This document shows positions 41,535 to 50,901 of a stretch of DNA of 64,000 nucleotides, in pieces. Every line of letters starts with the position of its first letter. Within the stretch, counting starts at the first letter, position 1. Where the stretch lies: NCBI GenBank assembly GCA_963769025.1, contig CAVYKI010000009.1, positions 1,056,001 through 1,120,000 of the forward strand, written 5' to 3'. Below the pieces are notes generated by a model. That model did not search any database. It was given only the letters and a program-made list of their open reading frames with translations, and was not told the origin of the DNA. The position numbers were made by a program, and so were the translations under genes. This DNA is from an uncultured Verrucomicrobiae bacterium. GTDB taxonomy: Bacteria > Verrucomicrobiota > Verrucomicrobiia > Chthoniobacterales > Chthoniobacteraceae.

Positions 41535-44063
41535 CTACGGGCGGACGATGGCGGTGACGCTCGGCTGTGTGAAGTAGCGCCGGGCGGCTTCGCGGACCTG
41601 TTCGAGCGTCACGGACTCGACCCGCTCGCGAAGGCCTTCGTAGTGGCGGTGGCCGAGGCCGTAGAGTTCGTCGAGGGCGCAGGCAAAGGCGAGGGCGTCG
41701 TTGCTCTGGTTGCGGATGGCTTGCGCTCCGAGGAGTTTCGCCTTCGCGCGTTCCAGTTCGGCAGGCGCAAGGCCATCCTCCGCGAGCTTGCGGATTTCGT
41801 CGGCCAGCGCTGCGCGGACTTCCGTGACCTTCGCGGGGTCCGTGCCGACGTAGAAACTGAACGCGCCGCGGGCGAGGCCGATGAGGTTGCTGCTGCCGAC
41901 AAAGTACGCGAGGCCCATGTCTTCGCGGATGCGGTTGAACATGCGGGAGCCGAGATCGCTGCACGCCTCGTCGATCAATTCCAGCGCCACGGCATCGGCG
42001 CTGAAGATGTCCACCCCGGGGAAACCGATCATGAGGACGGCCTGCTCCTTTGCCTTGATGAGCGTGGCATCGATGCTCGCCGCTGGGAACTGCGATTGCG
42101 GGATTTCCTTCAGTCCTTGGACGCCCTTCGGAATCGCGGCGAGCACGCTCTCGGCGAGGTCGCGGACTTCACGCGAATTCACCGCGCCGAAGACGGATAG
42201 CACGCCGTTGCTGGCGACGACATGCCGGTCGCGGAACGCGGCGAGGTCGGCAGGTTTCAGCGAAGCAAGCGTCGCGGGCGTGCCAAGCACCGGCATCGAG
42301 AATGGATGCCCCGCAAACAGCCGCTCACGGAGCAGATTGCGGGCGATGCTGGTGACCTCTTCGCCGTCGGCCTTGATCGCCGCCAACTGCGCGCTGCGCT
42401 CACGCTCCATCGCGGCCGCCGGAAAACTGGCGTTGAGGAGGATGTCCGAGACGAGTTCGAGCCCGTGCTTCAGATCGGGCCGCAGCACTCGCGCGGAGAC
42501 GCTGAGGCTGTTGTTCCCGCTGTCCGTGCCGATGGCGCCGCCGGTGGCCTCGATGGTTTCCGCGATGTCGTCGGCGGATTTCGTCAGCGTGCCCTTGATG
42601 AGCGTCCTGGCGACCATGCGCGAGATCCCATTGTTCGCCGGAGTCTCGGCGAGGAGGCCGCACCGGAAGGTCGCCACCATGGAGACGAGCGGCAGGCGGT
42701 CGTCCTCGCGCACAAGCACGCAGAGTCCGTTCGAAAGCTGGAACTTTTCCACCGCCCCTGCGCTCCGAGTCACGACGCTGGCGGCGCGCTTGCGCAACGT
42801 GCCCTTCGGCATGAGCGAGGAAATGGTGAGATTTTCCTCCGTGAAATACTGGCGCGACACGCGGCGGAGATCCTCGGGCGTCACGCGCTGGACTGCTGCG
42901 AGGTAGGTCTGGTTGAAATTCAGATCCCGCGCGTGGAGCCAGTTCGAGCCGAGGCTGCTGGCCTTGCCGCGCATCGAGGTGAGCGAGTGGAATTGGTGGC
43001 TGAGGAATTGCCGGCGCGCCTTCTCGAGTTCCGCGGGCGTGACTCCGCTTTCCTTCAACTCGGAAATCATCCGCTGCACTTCGCGGACGGTCTCGTCCGC
43101 CTTGTCCGGGTCGAGCACCGCGTCCGCGCCGAAGAGCCCCGCGGTGGACGAAGTGTAGCACCATGCATCGATGCCATGGACGATTCCCAGGCCTTCGCGG
43201 AGCCGCCGGTAAAACCGGGCGCTGCGACCGGCTCCGAGCACGCTCGAGAGCAGGTCCAGCACGGGAATGTCGGCATGCGTGATCTCCGGCACGTGCCAGG
43301 CAAGGCCGAGTCGCGCCAGTTCAGTGTCGAATTCCGTGTGCCGCTCGCGCCGGCCCATCTGGCCCGCCTCGCGAGGCACGAGCACGTCCGGCAACGGCCG
43401 CCGCGGTTGCGGGCCAAACGACTTGGCCAACTGCGCACGAACCGCGTCCGCCTTCACGTCGCCAACCACGACGAAAAACACGTTGTTCGGCGCGTAGCGC
43501 GTCCGGTAGTAGGCCTGCATGTCGGACCGGGTCAGACGGTCAAAAAGGTCCCGGTGGCCGATGACGGGATGGCGGAACGGATGCTCGGCAAATGCCGTCG
43601 CGAAGAGCTGCTTTCCCGCAACGGTGTCCGGGTCGTCGTTCCCCATCGCGAATTCCCGCCGGATGACCTCCTGCTCCTTGGAAAACTCCGCTTCCGGCAG
43701 GGTGGAATTGAGAACCGCATCCGCCAAAAGGTCAATCGCGACACTCACGTTTTGTGCGGGAATATCAATCCAATACACTGTCTGTTCAAAAGATGTGTAT
43801 GCGTTGATGTATCCGCCTCGTTCCTGGATTCCACGGGCGAAATCCTGCGAACCCCGTGTGCCCGTGCCCTTGAAAAGCATGTGCTCGAGAAAGTGGGAAA
43901 GCCCCGCTCCAAGCCATTGCCCCTCGTGGATGCTCCCCGTCTTCACCCACGCCTGCACGCTCGCGACAGGTGCAGAATCGTCCTCCAGGACGACGAGCTC
44001 AAGCCCGTTGGGAAAATTCAGCACCTGAGCCTCGCTCGGAGGCAAAAGCAGGTCATCATTCAT
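41535..44063 (-). CDS. M16 (pitrilysin/insulinase) zinc peptidase, two-module
   Basis: HFLEHMLFKGT inverted zincin; NAYTS; inactive second half. Confidence 0.94.
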   Translation of the reverse strand: MNDDLLLPPSEAQVLNFPNGLELVVLEDDSAPVASVQAWVKTGSIHEGQWLGAGLSHFLEHMLFKGTGTRGSQDFARGIQERGGYINAYTSFEQTVYWIDIPAQNVSVAIDLLADAVLNSTLPEAEFSKEQEVIRREFAMGNDDPDTVAGKQLFATAFAEHPFRHPVIGHRDLFDRLTRSDMQAYYRTRYAPNNVFFVVVGDVKADAVRAQLAKSFGPQPRRPLPDVLVPREAGQMGRRERHTEFDTELARLGLAWHVPEITHADIPVLDLLSSVLGAGRSARFYRRLREGLGIVHGIDAWCYTSSTAGLFGADAVLDPDKADETVREVQRMISELKESGVTPAELEKARRQFLSHQFHSLTSMRGKASSLGSNWLHARDLNFNQTYLAAVQRVTPEDLRRVSRQYFTEENLTISSLMPKGTLRKRAASVVTRSAGAVEKFQLSNGLCVLVREDDRLPLVSMVATFRCGLLAETPANNGISRMVARTLIKGTLTKSADDIAETIEATGGAIGTDSGNNSLSVSARVLRPDLKHGLELVSDILLNASFPAAAMERERSAQLAAIKADGEEVTSIARNLLRERLFAGHPFSMPVLGTPATLASLKPADLAAFRDRHVVASNGVLSVFGAVNSREVRDLAESVLAAIPKGVQGLKEIPQSQFPAASIDATLIKAKEQAVLMIGFPGVDIFSADAVALELIDEACSDLGSRMFNRIREDMGLAYFVGSSNLIGLARGAFSFYVGTDPAKVTEVRAALADEIRKLAEDGLAPAELERAKAKLLGAQAIRNQSNDALAFACALDELYGLGHRHYEGLRERVESVTLEQVREAARRYFTQPSVTAIVRP

Positions 44064-44144
44064 CCCCGCACCTCCATCGCGATGCGATCGCTCAACGCCC
44101 AATCCGGAAGCCGGCCAACATCCCGCCGATACCATCTCGCCACG

Positions 44145-44576
44145 CTAGTTCCTGACTTCCGCGCTGGGTTTCACCTTGCGCCCGATGCGCCCCACATTCC
44201 CCGGCGTGTACGGCTCCACAAATGCCTCATGGAACGAATAGACGTCCTTGAAATCCTCGCGCGAGTCGCCGTCGGTCTTCCCGAAAACGCCGAGTTCGAT
44301 CAGATTCCAGACCATTTCACCAAAATCGTCCGTCTTTTGAATGCCCCAATATTCAAAAACGGTCGGCACCATCGGGCCAAACGCCTTGATCGCCAACTGG
44401 CGGAGCCCCTCGGAAAGCTGCTGCCCAGTGACGTGGCCGCTCTCGCCCAGTTGCCGTTTCCTCAGCTTCACCGCGTGGTCGAGTCCTTCGCGGAGAAAGA
44501 AATAGGCATCAGCGTGATATCGGGGATCTGCATCGGTGAGGACCGCAACCGCTTCGGCGAAATCAAGTTTTTGCAT
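44145..44576 (-). CDS. Minf_1886 / TIGR04138-type Planctomycetes-Verrucomicrobia conserved protein
   Basis: DPRY..AYFFLREGL, HVTGQQL, FGPM, WGI..TDDFGEMV. Confidence 0.85.
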   Translation of the reverse strand: MQKLDFAEAVAVLTDADPRYHADAYFFLREGLDHAVKLRKRQLGESGHVTGQQLSEGLRQLAIKAFGPMVPTVFEYWGIQKTDDFGEMVWNLIELGVFGKTDGDSREDFKDVYSFHEAFVEPYTPGNVGRIGRKVKPSAEVRN

Positions 44577-44595
44577 GGGGTTTTCCAGAGGACCG

Positions 44596-44624
44596 AGGTT
44601 ATGCCACGCGTTCGGCAAGGTCAA
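44596..44624 (-). promoter_or_regulatory. sigma70-type promoter of the Minf_1886-M16 unit
   Basis: TTGACC-17-TAACCT. Confidence 0.6.
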
Positions 44625-44669
44625 TGCCAGCGCAGCAGAATGGCGGCGAATTTCACCCGAAACGAGTCA

Positions 44670-44698
44670 TTGACGTGCAGACGCGTGGCCCCTAGCTT
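44670..44698 (+). promoter_or_regulatory. sigma70-type promoter of rpsU
   Basis: TTGACG-17-TAGCTT. Confidence 0.65.
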
Positions 44699-44757
44699 CA
44701 CGCCCCTTTTTCAAAAGAAACCACTCAACGAAACACTCAACCAGATAGGAGGAAAAA

Positions 44758-44955
44758 ATGCCCGAAGTGACCGTCCGCAAAGGAGAACCCATCGATCGCG
44801 CGCTCAAGCGGCTGAAAAGCAAGCTCGAGTCCGAAGGAATCATGGACGAGGTCCGTCGTTTGCGCGCGTTTGAGACGCCCACACAGCGCACCAAGCGCAA
44901 AGCGAAAGCAAACGCCAAGCGCGCCAAGGCCAAGTTCCGTTTCAACATGAGTTGA
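44758..44955 (+). CDS. rpsU: 30S ribosomal protein bS21
   Basis: VTVRKGEPIDRALKRLK...FETP; AGGAGG SD. Confidence 0.96.
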   Translation: MPEVTVRKGEPIDRALKRLKSKLESEGIMDEVRRLRAFETPTQRTKRKAKANAKRAKAKFRFNMS

Positions 44956-44998
44956 TTCGCCGGACTCGGTGCCCGGCACCGTCAGTTCCACTCTCATC

Positions 44999-45034
44999 AA
45001 AGCCCGCCGGGTCCCAGGACCCGCGGGCTTTTTG
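44999..45034. terminator. Probable bidirectional intrinsic terminator
   Basis: AAAGCCCGC-CGGGTCC..GGACCCG-CGGGCTTTTT between convergent genes. Confidence 0.75.
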
Positions 45035-45051
45035 ATTTTCCGGCGCCTGCC

Positions 45052-46761
45052 TCAGGCACACTCGCAGACGATCCGGAACCCGACGTCATTCGCGAGATAC
45101 CCGGGCTCGTTAAACGCCCTCGCCGTCGCCCGCAAGCTGGACATCCGCGATTTCCACGAGCCTCCGCGGTAAATGCGCTGCTGGCTTTTTTGCGTGGCGC
45201 GAGGATTCAGGACTTCCTTGCCCTTGTAAGCCTCGTAGGTGTCGAGGCACCACTCGAAGACATTGCCCGAGAGATCCTCGATGCCGAATGGGCTCGCGCC
45301 GCGCGGAAAACTCCCTGCCGGCGCCGTCTCGGCAAAGCCATCGTCGATCGCCGGATCGCGCCACGGAAAATTGGTCCGTGCATCCGCGAAGTTTGCGAAG
45401 TGCCCGACCGAACTCCAGCAGCCCCACGGAAAAATCCGTCCATCCTCTCCACGGGCGCTGAACTCCCACTCCGCCTCGGTCGGCAGACGGTACGTCTTCT
45501 TCTCGCGTTTGCTGAGCCATTGGCAGAACGCCTCCGCCTCGTTCCAACTCACGTAAAGCACGGGATGTTTCTCGTTCGCCCACGGCGCACGTTTCGCCGC
45601 ATGCCTGGGGTCGAACATTTCGTACTGCGCATTCGTGACCGGCAGCCGCGCCATGTAAAAGGATGTCAGGGTCACGGGCGTCAGCGGATTCTCGTTCGGC
45701 TGCGCATTGGCGTCCTTGCTGCCCATCACGAAACGGCCGGTCGGCACGAGAAACATCTCGGATCCCACGCCGTTGGTAAAATTCGGGTATCTCCGCCGTT
45801 CCAGTGCACGGGCGGTCGGGGAGAGGTTGATCTCAATCCCCGCTTCCTTCTTTGCCACCGGCGGCGCCGGAGCCGCCGCCGCTGCACGGACGGGGACCGG
45901 AGCCGGAGGTTGGGGAGAAGGTGCGGGCCTTGCACCGGCAGCCACCAGGACTGGTTTTGCCTGGCGGTTTGGCACCGGCACCGAAGCGTGCGCGACGGGA
46001 GCCATCGGCTGCGACTCCATCTGTTCCAGATAATCGTCAATGAGGTCCTCCGCCTCGCCACCCGTGAGCCCGAGGCTCTCGCCGAGGTTGCACATCGCGT
46101 CACGCTGGTCATCGCTCATCTCCTCCCCATCGAGGCACAGGCGCGACATCTTCAAAATCCTACGGAATTCATCCGCCGGATTACTGCCGCCCGCCGAAGC
46201 ACCAGCCGATGCAGCCGGCGCGACCGACGCGAACCGGACGGGCTCGGGCGGCGGCGGCGCATCTTCGACGCGGACAGCTCCCGTCCGTTCCAATTCCGAA
46301 CGGATGGCCTCCTCGATATCAGCCGGCCCGAGGCCGAGCCCCTCTCCGGCCACCTGAAGCTTTGCCTCGCTCTCCTTGCTCAGCCGTTTGTCCGCCAGCG
46401 TGAAGCTCAGCAGTTTCTTAAACTCCTCGAGCGCGCGGCCGATGACCTCGACGTGGATCTCGGAATCGATTCTCTCGCGCTCCTTCGGATCGAGCAGCTT
46501 CGTGCGGGCCTCCGCCAGAAAGTGCGGCGCTTCATCCAGCCCCTGGCGCAGCAATTGCGCCATCGGGTTGCTCGGCTGGTTTTTAAGCGGAAGCTTTTTC
46601 TGCCACCAGACGAGAAGCTGGCGGCAGTGATCCTCGATCATGTCTGGCGTCGCATTCGAGGAAAAGTCGAGACACAGGCGCGCGTAAAGATTGGCGGAAT
46701 TGTAGGTCTTCCAGCCTGTCCATTTGATCGGGTTGTCGGGAAGCGGATTGGGAAGTGCCAC
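45052..46761 (-). CDS. Pseudo-J-domain / two helical repeats / FGE-sulfatase (SUMF1) fold protein
   Basis: NLYARLCL...EARTKLLDPKERERID J-like ends without HPD; FVMGS, PVTNAQY, RLPTEAEWE, GNVFEWC, RGGSW, GFR. Confidence 0.85.
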   Translation of the reverse strand: MALPNPLPDNPIKWTGWKTYNSANLYARLCLDFSSNATPDMIEDHCRQLLVWWQKKLPLKNQPSNPMAQLLRQGLDEAPHFLAEARTKLLDPKERERIDSEIHVEVIGRALEEFKKLLSFTLADKRLSKESEAKLQVAGEGLGLGPADIEEAIRSELERTGAVRVEDAPPPPEPVRFASVAPAASAGASAGGSNPADEFRRILKMSRLCLDGEEMSDDQRDAMCNLGESLGLTGGEAEDLIDDYLEQMESQPMAPVAHASVPVPNRQAKPVLVAAGARPAPSPQPPAPVPVRAAAAAPAPPVAKKEAGIEINLSPTARALERRRYPNFTNGVGSEMFLVPTGRFVMGSKDANAQPNENPLTPVTLTSFYMARLPVTNAQYEMFDPRHAAKRAPWANEKHPVLYVSWNEAEAFCQWLSKREKKTYRLPTEAEWEFSARGEDGRIFPWGCWSSVGHFANFADARTNFPWRDPAIDDGFAETAPAGSFPRGASPFGIEDLSGNVFEWCLDTYEAYKGKEVLNPRATQKSQQRIYRGGSWKSRMSSLRATARAFNEPGYLANDVGFRIVCECA

Positions 46762-46795
46762 GGCTTTGGGCTCAGCGGGGCGGCATGGGCCGGCG

Positions 46796-48370
46796 TTACG
46801 AAATGCTCAGTTGGGCAAGATCGGCTGTCGCCAGCGCGATTTCATTTTCCGCAAGTCCGGTATTGCGGGCGATGGACACGCGGCTGGTGCGTCCGTATGC
46901 CTCGACCACGACTTCGAGCACCTGATTCTCGTTGTAATGATACGTCAGTTCGACAGGCGATCCCTTCGGCAGGAATGGCGGAAGCTCGATGTCGCAGATG
47001 CCCAGCGGCGTGCATTCCCCGGGGACGCTGCTTTCCCCCTCCACCACGCGGACGATGGCGTTCTTCATGTTCGCCTTCGCTGTTCCGAATGAATTCTTCA
47101 TGTCCGCCGGCACCGGCGTCATTTTGGCGATCATCGGGAACACGTATTCCTCGACCTTGCTGTCGTCCCACAGCACTACGCCGAGCGTGTGCGTGGTGAT
47201 GTTCGTCACCTTGATGAGCGAGCCGTCGGACGCGGAGAACTGATCCCTCACCTCCTGCGAAATATTGTGCAGCCCCGTCTCATCCTCCTCGTGGAGCATC
47301 GAGAGCATGCCCTGGATGGCGGCCCCCATCGCGACCGCCTCGTCCGGGCTCACATCATCCGCCGTCGGGCGGCCGGACATGTCGTTGATCATCTGGCGCA
47401 CGGAAGGAACGCGGGTCATGCCGCCGGTCATCAGCACGCGATCAATCTGTTCCCAGTTCATGTTCGCCTCCTGCATCACGATTTCGCAGATGGCCTTGCT
47501 CTTTTCGAGCAGGTGCCGGCACCGCTCCTCAAAGTCCTCGCGGGTGAGTTCGAGCTTCACACTGCGTCCATTGTAGTTGTGTACCAAGGTGGTCCGCGGA
47601 CGTGTGGAGAGCTGGATTTTCGCCGTGAGCGCGCGGTTGTAGAGATCCTGGTAGCTCTGCAGATCGAGCAGCGGATTCTCCCCGTGCTGCTTGTCGAATT
47701 CCTCCGCGACCCAGTTCACGATCACGTCGTCCCAGTCCTTGCCACCGAGGCGATGGTCGCCGTTGCTCGCCACCATCCGGATGTGATGGCCGTCGATCCG
47801 CATGATCGTGACGTCGAACGTTCCGCCGCCAAGGTCGAACACGAAGACCGTCTGATCCTGATCCAGCTTGTCCAAACCGTAGGCGAGCGCCGCCGAGGTG
47901 GGCTCGTTGATGATCTGCAGGACGTTCAGTCCGGCGAGCTGCCCGGCGACGAGCGTCGCGGTCCGCTCCGCGTCATTGAAATACGCGGGAACCGTGATGA
48001 CGGCGTCCGTGACCGTTTCGCCGAGATATTTCTCCGCGTCATTCTTCAGCTTCCGGAGGATGATGGCCGACAGTTCCTCCGCAGAATACACCTTCCCGCC
48101 AAACGTGCGGCTGAACTGCGCCTTGCTCTTGCCCATTTCGCGCTTCACGAAATCGACAATCTTGTCGGGCTCGGCGACGGCGTTCTGCTTGGCGATGGTT
48201 CCCACCACGGCATTCGTGCCGTCGAACAGGATCACCGATGGCGTGATGCGCTCGTTCTCGGTGTTTGGGATGATCTGCGGCTTTCCGTAAGCGTCGATGT
48301 GGGCGACGGCGCAGAATGTGGTGCCGAGGTCGATTCCTACGGCTTTGCGGTTTAGTGGTTTTTCAGACAT
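46796..48370 (-). CDS. Specialised Hsp70-family chaperone (short DnaK paralogue)
   Basis: GIDLGTT, TVPAYF, INEPTSAA, DLGGGTFD, GGMTRVP, PDEAVA; 524 aa, ends shortly after the SBD-beta. Confidence 0.93.
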   Translation of the reverse strand: MSEKPLNRKAVGIDLGTTFCAVAHIDAYGKPQIIPNTENERITPSVILFDGTNAVVGTIAKQNAVAEPDKIVDFVKREMGKSKAQFSRTFGGKVYSAEELSAIILRKLKNDAEKYLGETVTDAVITVPAYFNDAERTATLVAGQLAGLNVLQIINEPTSAALAYGLDKLDQDQTVFVFDLGGGTFDVTIMRIDGHHIRMVASNGDHRLGGKDWDDVIVNWVAEEFDKQHGENPLLDLQSYQDLYNRALTAKIQLSTRPRTTLVHNYNGRSVKLELTREDFEERCRHLLEKSKAICEIVMQEANMNWEQIDRVLMTGGMTRVPSVRQMINDMSGRPTADDVSPDEAVAMGAAIQGMLSMLHEEDETGLHNISQEVRDQFSASDGSLIKVTNITTHTLGVVLWDDSKVEEYVFPMIAKMTPVPADMKNSFGTAKANMKNAIVRVVEGESSVPGECTPLGICDIELPPFLPKGSPVELTYHYNENQVLEVVVEAYGRTSRVSIARNTGLAENEIALATADLAQLSIS

Positions 48371-48433
48371 GGCTCTTTGGGCTTAAGAACACTTTTTGGA
48401 TTGCAGAGGTAAATTTGCGGAAGGTTGAAAAGA

Positions 48434-49257
48434 TCATGCCGTGGCCGGGGCTTTTCCGAGGGCGGAGAGGAATCCTTCCTTCCACTTCTTGATCACGACC
48501 TCCTCGGCGCGGACCACGCGATCCTTCCAGAGGAAACCGCGTTTGACGACTTTCACGACCACATGATCCTGATCCGGATCCTCGGTGTATTCCACGGTCA
48601 CCGCCCGCTGGGACTGCTTGTCCAGTTTTCCCGTGCCGGACGGAACGATCGTCACGCCCAAGCCGCTCCAGCATTTCGAGCACCGAATCGCGGTTGTGTT
48701 CGAGCTGGTGGACCGGAGCCGCGACGTTCTCGAAAAAGATCAGCGCACTTCCCGCCATGGTGCCGCGCTGCTCCTGGCTCGAGAGCGCCAAGCGCGAGTT
48801 GCCGATGGATGTCCGAAATGTCGTCGTAGAGCGAAATCAGATCGCGAATCACCGGGCGCAACACCGCTTCGAGGAGAAACGCGTCCTTGTAGGTCTTCAG
48901 CTCCGCGTGGAGCGCCTCAAACATCGCCTTGCTCACCGCATTGCGTTGCTCGAGCGCCACCTTCGTCTCCGCGAGAATCTTCGGCACGCCGGTCTGGTGC
49001 ATCATCACCTTCTCCACGCGGTCCAGCATTTCCACCTGCTCGAACTGCGCGCGGGCCACCGCCTCGATCCCCTGCAGGACGGGACGCAATGATTGCTGAA
49101 AACTCAACGGATGGGATCCTCCATCGCCCGGACTGTTTGCCGATGGAACTCCGTCGGGCTTGACGGAACACATGACCACGGGCGTCGCAATGGGATGCGC
49201 TTCGGGGTTCGCGCAGTCGGCGAGTTCGCTGGTGTTTGCGGGCTGAGGTTCGACCAT
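48434..49257 (-). CDS. grpE: GrpE-like nucleotide exchange factor (frameshifted)
   Basis: Coiled coil; LISLYDDI; LEMLERLGV; VVKVVKRGFLWKDRVVRAEEVVI. Confidence 0.8.
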
Positions 49258-49271
49258 GACGACCTGCGAAA

Positions 49272-49287
49272 AGCGAATTCCGCGCCA
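49272..49287 (-). promoter_or_regulatory. Possible sigma54 (-24/-12) promoter
   Basis: TGGCGCG-GAAT-TCGCT, correct GG-N10-GC spacing. Confidence 0.4.
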
Positions 49288-49314
49288 GCCAGCCGACAAA
49301 TTATGATTCCGCCC

Positions 49315-50847
49315 TCAAATCGCGGCTCTGCAGTAATCCAAAATCGCCTCAACGAGCCCCGGAATGTCGTAGCGAGACGCCTCGACATCCACGTTCAATC
49401 CCAGCCCGCGCATGGTGGCCGAGGTGATCGGGCCGATGGAGGCCGCCTTCAATCCCGGCGGCAGAGGCAGCTTCAGCGCCATGAAATTTTCCGCCGTCGA
49501 GGAACTGGTGAAAGTGACCATGTCCGCGCCCTCCTCGCGAAAGCGCGCGATGGCACCAGATCGGTCCTCCGTCTCCGGCACCGTGCGGTACACGGCGGCC
49601 ACATCCACGATCGCGCCAAGCTTCGTCAATTCCTCCGGCAACACGTCCCGCGCTTCCTGCGCCCGCGCGAGCAAAATGCGGAGGTTCTCGACCGAGCCTT
49701 CCTTCTTGAATGCCTTCACAACGGCCTCTGCGACATACTCCTCAGGCTGCAAATCCACGCTCAGCCGGTATTCGCGCACCTTCGCCGCGGTCGCCGGTCC
49801 GATGGCCGCGATCCGCACACCGCCGATCTCGCGGGCGTCCTTGTAGATCTTGTAGAACGCGTCAAAGAACGCATCGACTCCATTCGGACTCGTGAAGACC
49901 AGCCAGTCGTAGCCGTGCGCGTCGCGCACCATTTCCGCCATCGCGAGTCTGTCCGTCGGCGGCTCGATGCGGATCGTCGGGATTTCCATCACGTCCGCGC
50001 CGAGCTCCCGGAGGCGCGATGAAAGCGCGCCCGCCTGCTTGCGCGTGCGCGTCACCACGATCCGTTTTCCAAAAAGCGGCCGCGTCTCGAACCAGTTCAG
50101 CGACTCCCGCAGCTTCACCACCTCGCCGATGATCGCCACCGCCGGCGCCTTGAACCCCGCCGCCTCCACCTTCCCGGCGATGTCATCCAGCTTGCCCACG
50201 AGCGTCTGCTGACGCCCGGTCGTCCCCCAGCGGATGAGCGCGACGGGCAAATCCGCACGCGCACCGTGCTTGATCAACTCCCCGGCGATCACCCCAATGC
50301 GCTCGACACCCATGAGCATCACTTTGGTTCCCGGATTTTTCGCAAGTTGATCGTAGTCGAGCTTGCTCTCCGGCTTCGTCGGATCCTCGTGCCCGGTGAA
50401 AATGGTGAGCTGCGAAGTATGCTCGCGGTGCGTCACCGGGATGCCCGCGTAGGCACCCGCCGCGACCGTGGAGGAAATGCCGGGGATCACCTCGAAGTGC
50501 AGTCCCGCGCGCACCAGTTCCAGCGCCTCCTCGCCGCCCCGCCCGAAGACAAACGGATCGCCACCCTTGAGCCGCACGACGCGTTTCCCAGCCTTCGTCT
50601 TCTCGACGAGCAGCGCATTCGTCTCCTCCTGCTTGAGCGCATGCTGCGCCGCGCGCTTGCCCGCGTAGATGATCTCCGCCCCTTCCGGCGCCCACTTCAA
50701 GATCTCCGGATTGCAGAGCGCGTCGTACACCACCACGTCCGCCGTCTCCAGGACCTCGCGCAGCCGCAGCGTCACGAGCCCGAGATCCCCCGGCCCGGCT
50801 CCGGCCAGATAGCAGATTCCCGAATGTTTCACTTTAGTCGCAGGCAT
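49315..50847 (-). CDS. cobA-hemD: Uroporphyrinogen-III C-methyltransferase / synthase fusion
   Basis: GAGPGD, RLKGGDPFVFGRGGEE; VVTR, FTSPNGV, FTSSST, SIGPITS. Confidence 0.95.
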   Translation of the reverse strand: MPATKVKHSGICYLAGAGPGDLGLVTLRLREVLETADVVVYDALCNPEILKWAPEGAEIIYAGKRAAQHALKQEETNALLVEKTKAGKRVVRLKGGDPFVFGRGGEEALELVRAGLHFEVIPGISSTVAAGAYAGIPVTHREHTSQLTIFTGHEDPTKPESKLDYDQLAKNPGTKVMLMGVERIGVIAGELIKHGARADLPVALIRWGTTGRQQTLVGKLDDIAGKVEAAGFKAPAVAIIGEVVKLRESLNWFETRPLFGKRIVVTRTRKQAGALSSRLRELGADVMEIPTIRIEPPTDRLAMAEMVRDAHGYDWLVFTSPNGVDAFFDAFYKIYKDAREIGGVRIAAIGPATAAKVREYRLSVDLQPEEYVAEAVVKAFKKEGSVENLRILLARAQEARDVLPEELTKLGAIVDVAAVYRTVPETEDRSGAIARFREEGADMVTFTSSSTAENFMALKLPLPPGLKAASIGPITSATMRGLGLNVDVEASRYDIPGLVEAILDYCRAAI

Positions 50848-50901
50848 GCGCGGAAACTGTCTGACGCACCGCCCGCCGGGCAAGTGCAACCTCGCATCCC
50901 G

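Noticed and set aside
45052..45200. FGE/C-type-lectin C-terminus as a diversity-generating retroelement target
   Set aside because: No template repeat copy and no reverse transcriptase seen in the window
45052..45800. FGE domain as maturase for the two sulfatases at 60-64 kb
   Set aside because: Catalytic Cys pair after RGGS is absent (RGGSWKSRMSSLR) and the gene is not linked to the sulfatases
42222..47199. Long antisense ORFs (e.g. 42222-44873, 45190-47199; also 56226-58631, 60467-62533)
   Set aside because: Shadow ORFs expected from high-GC codon bias opposite well-supported genes
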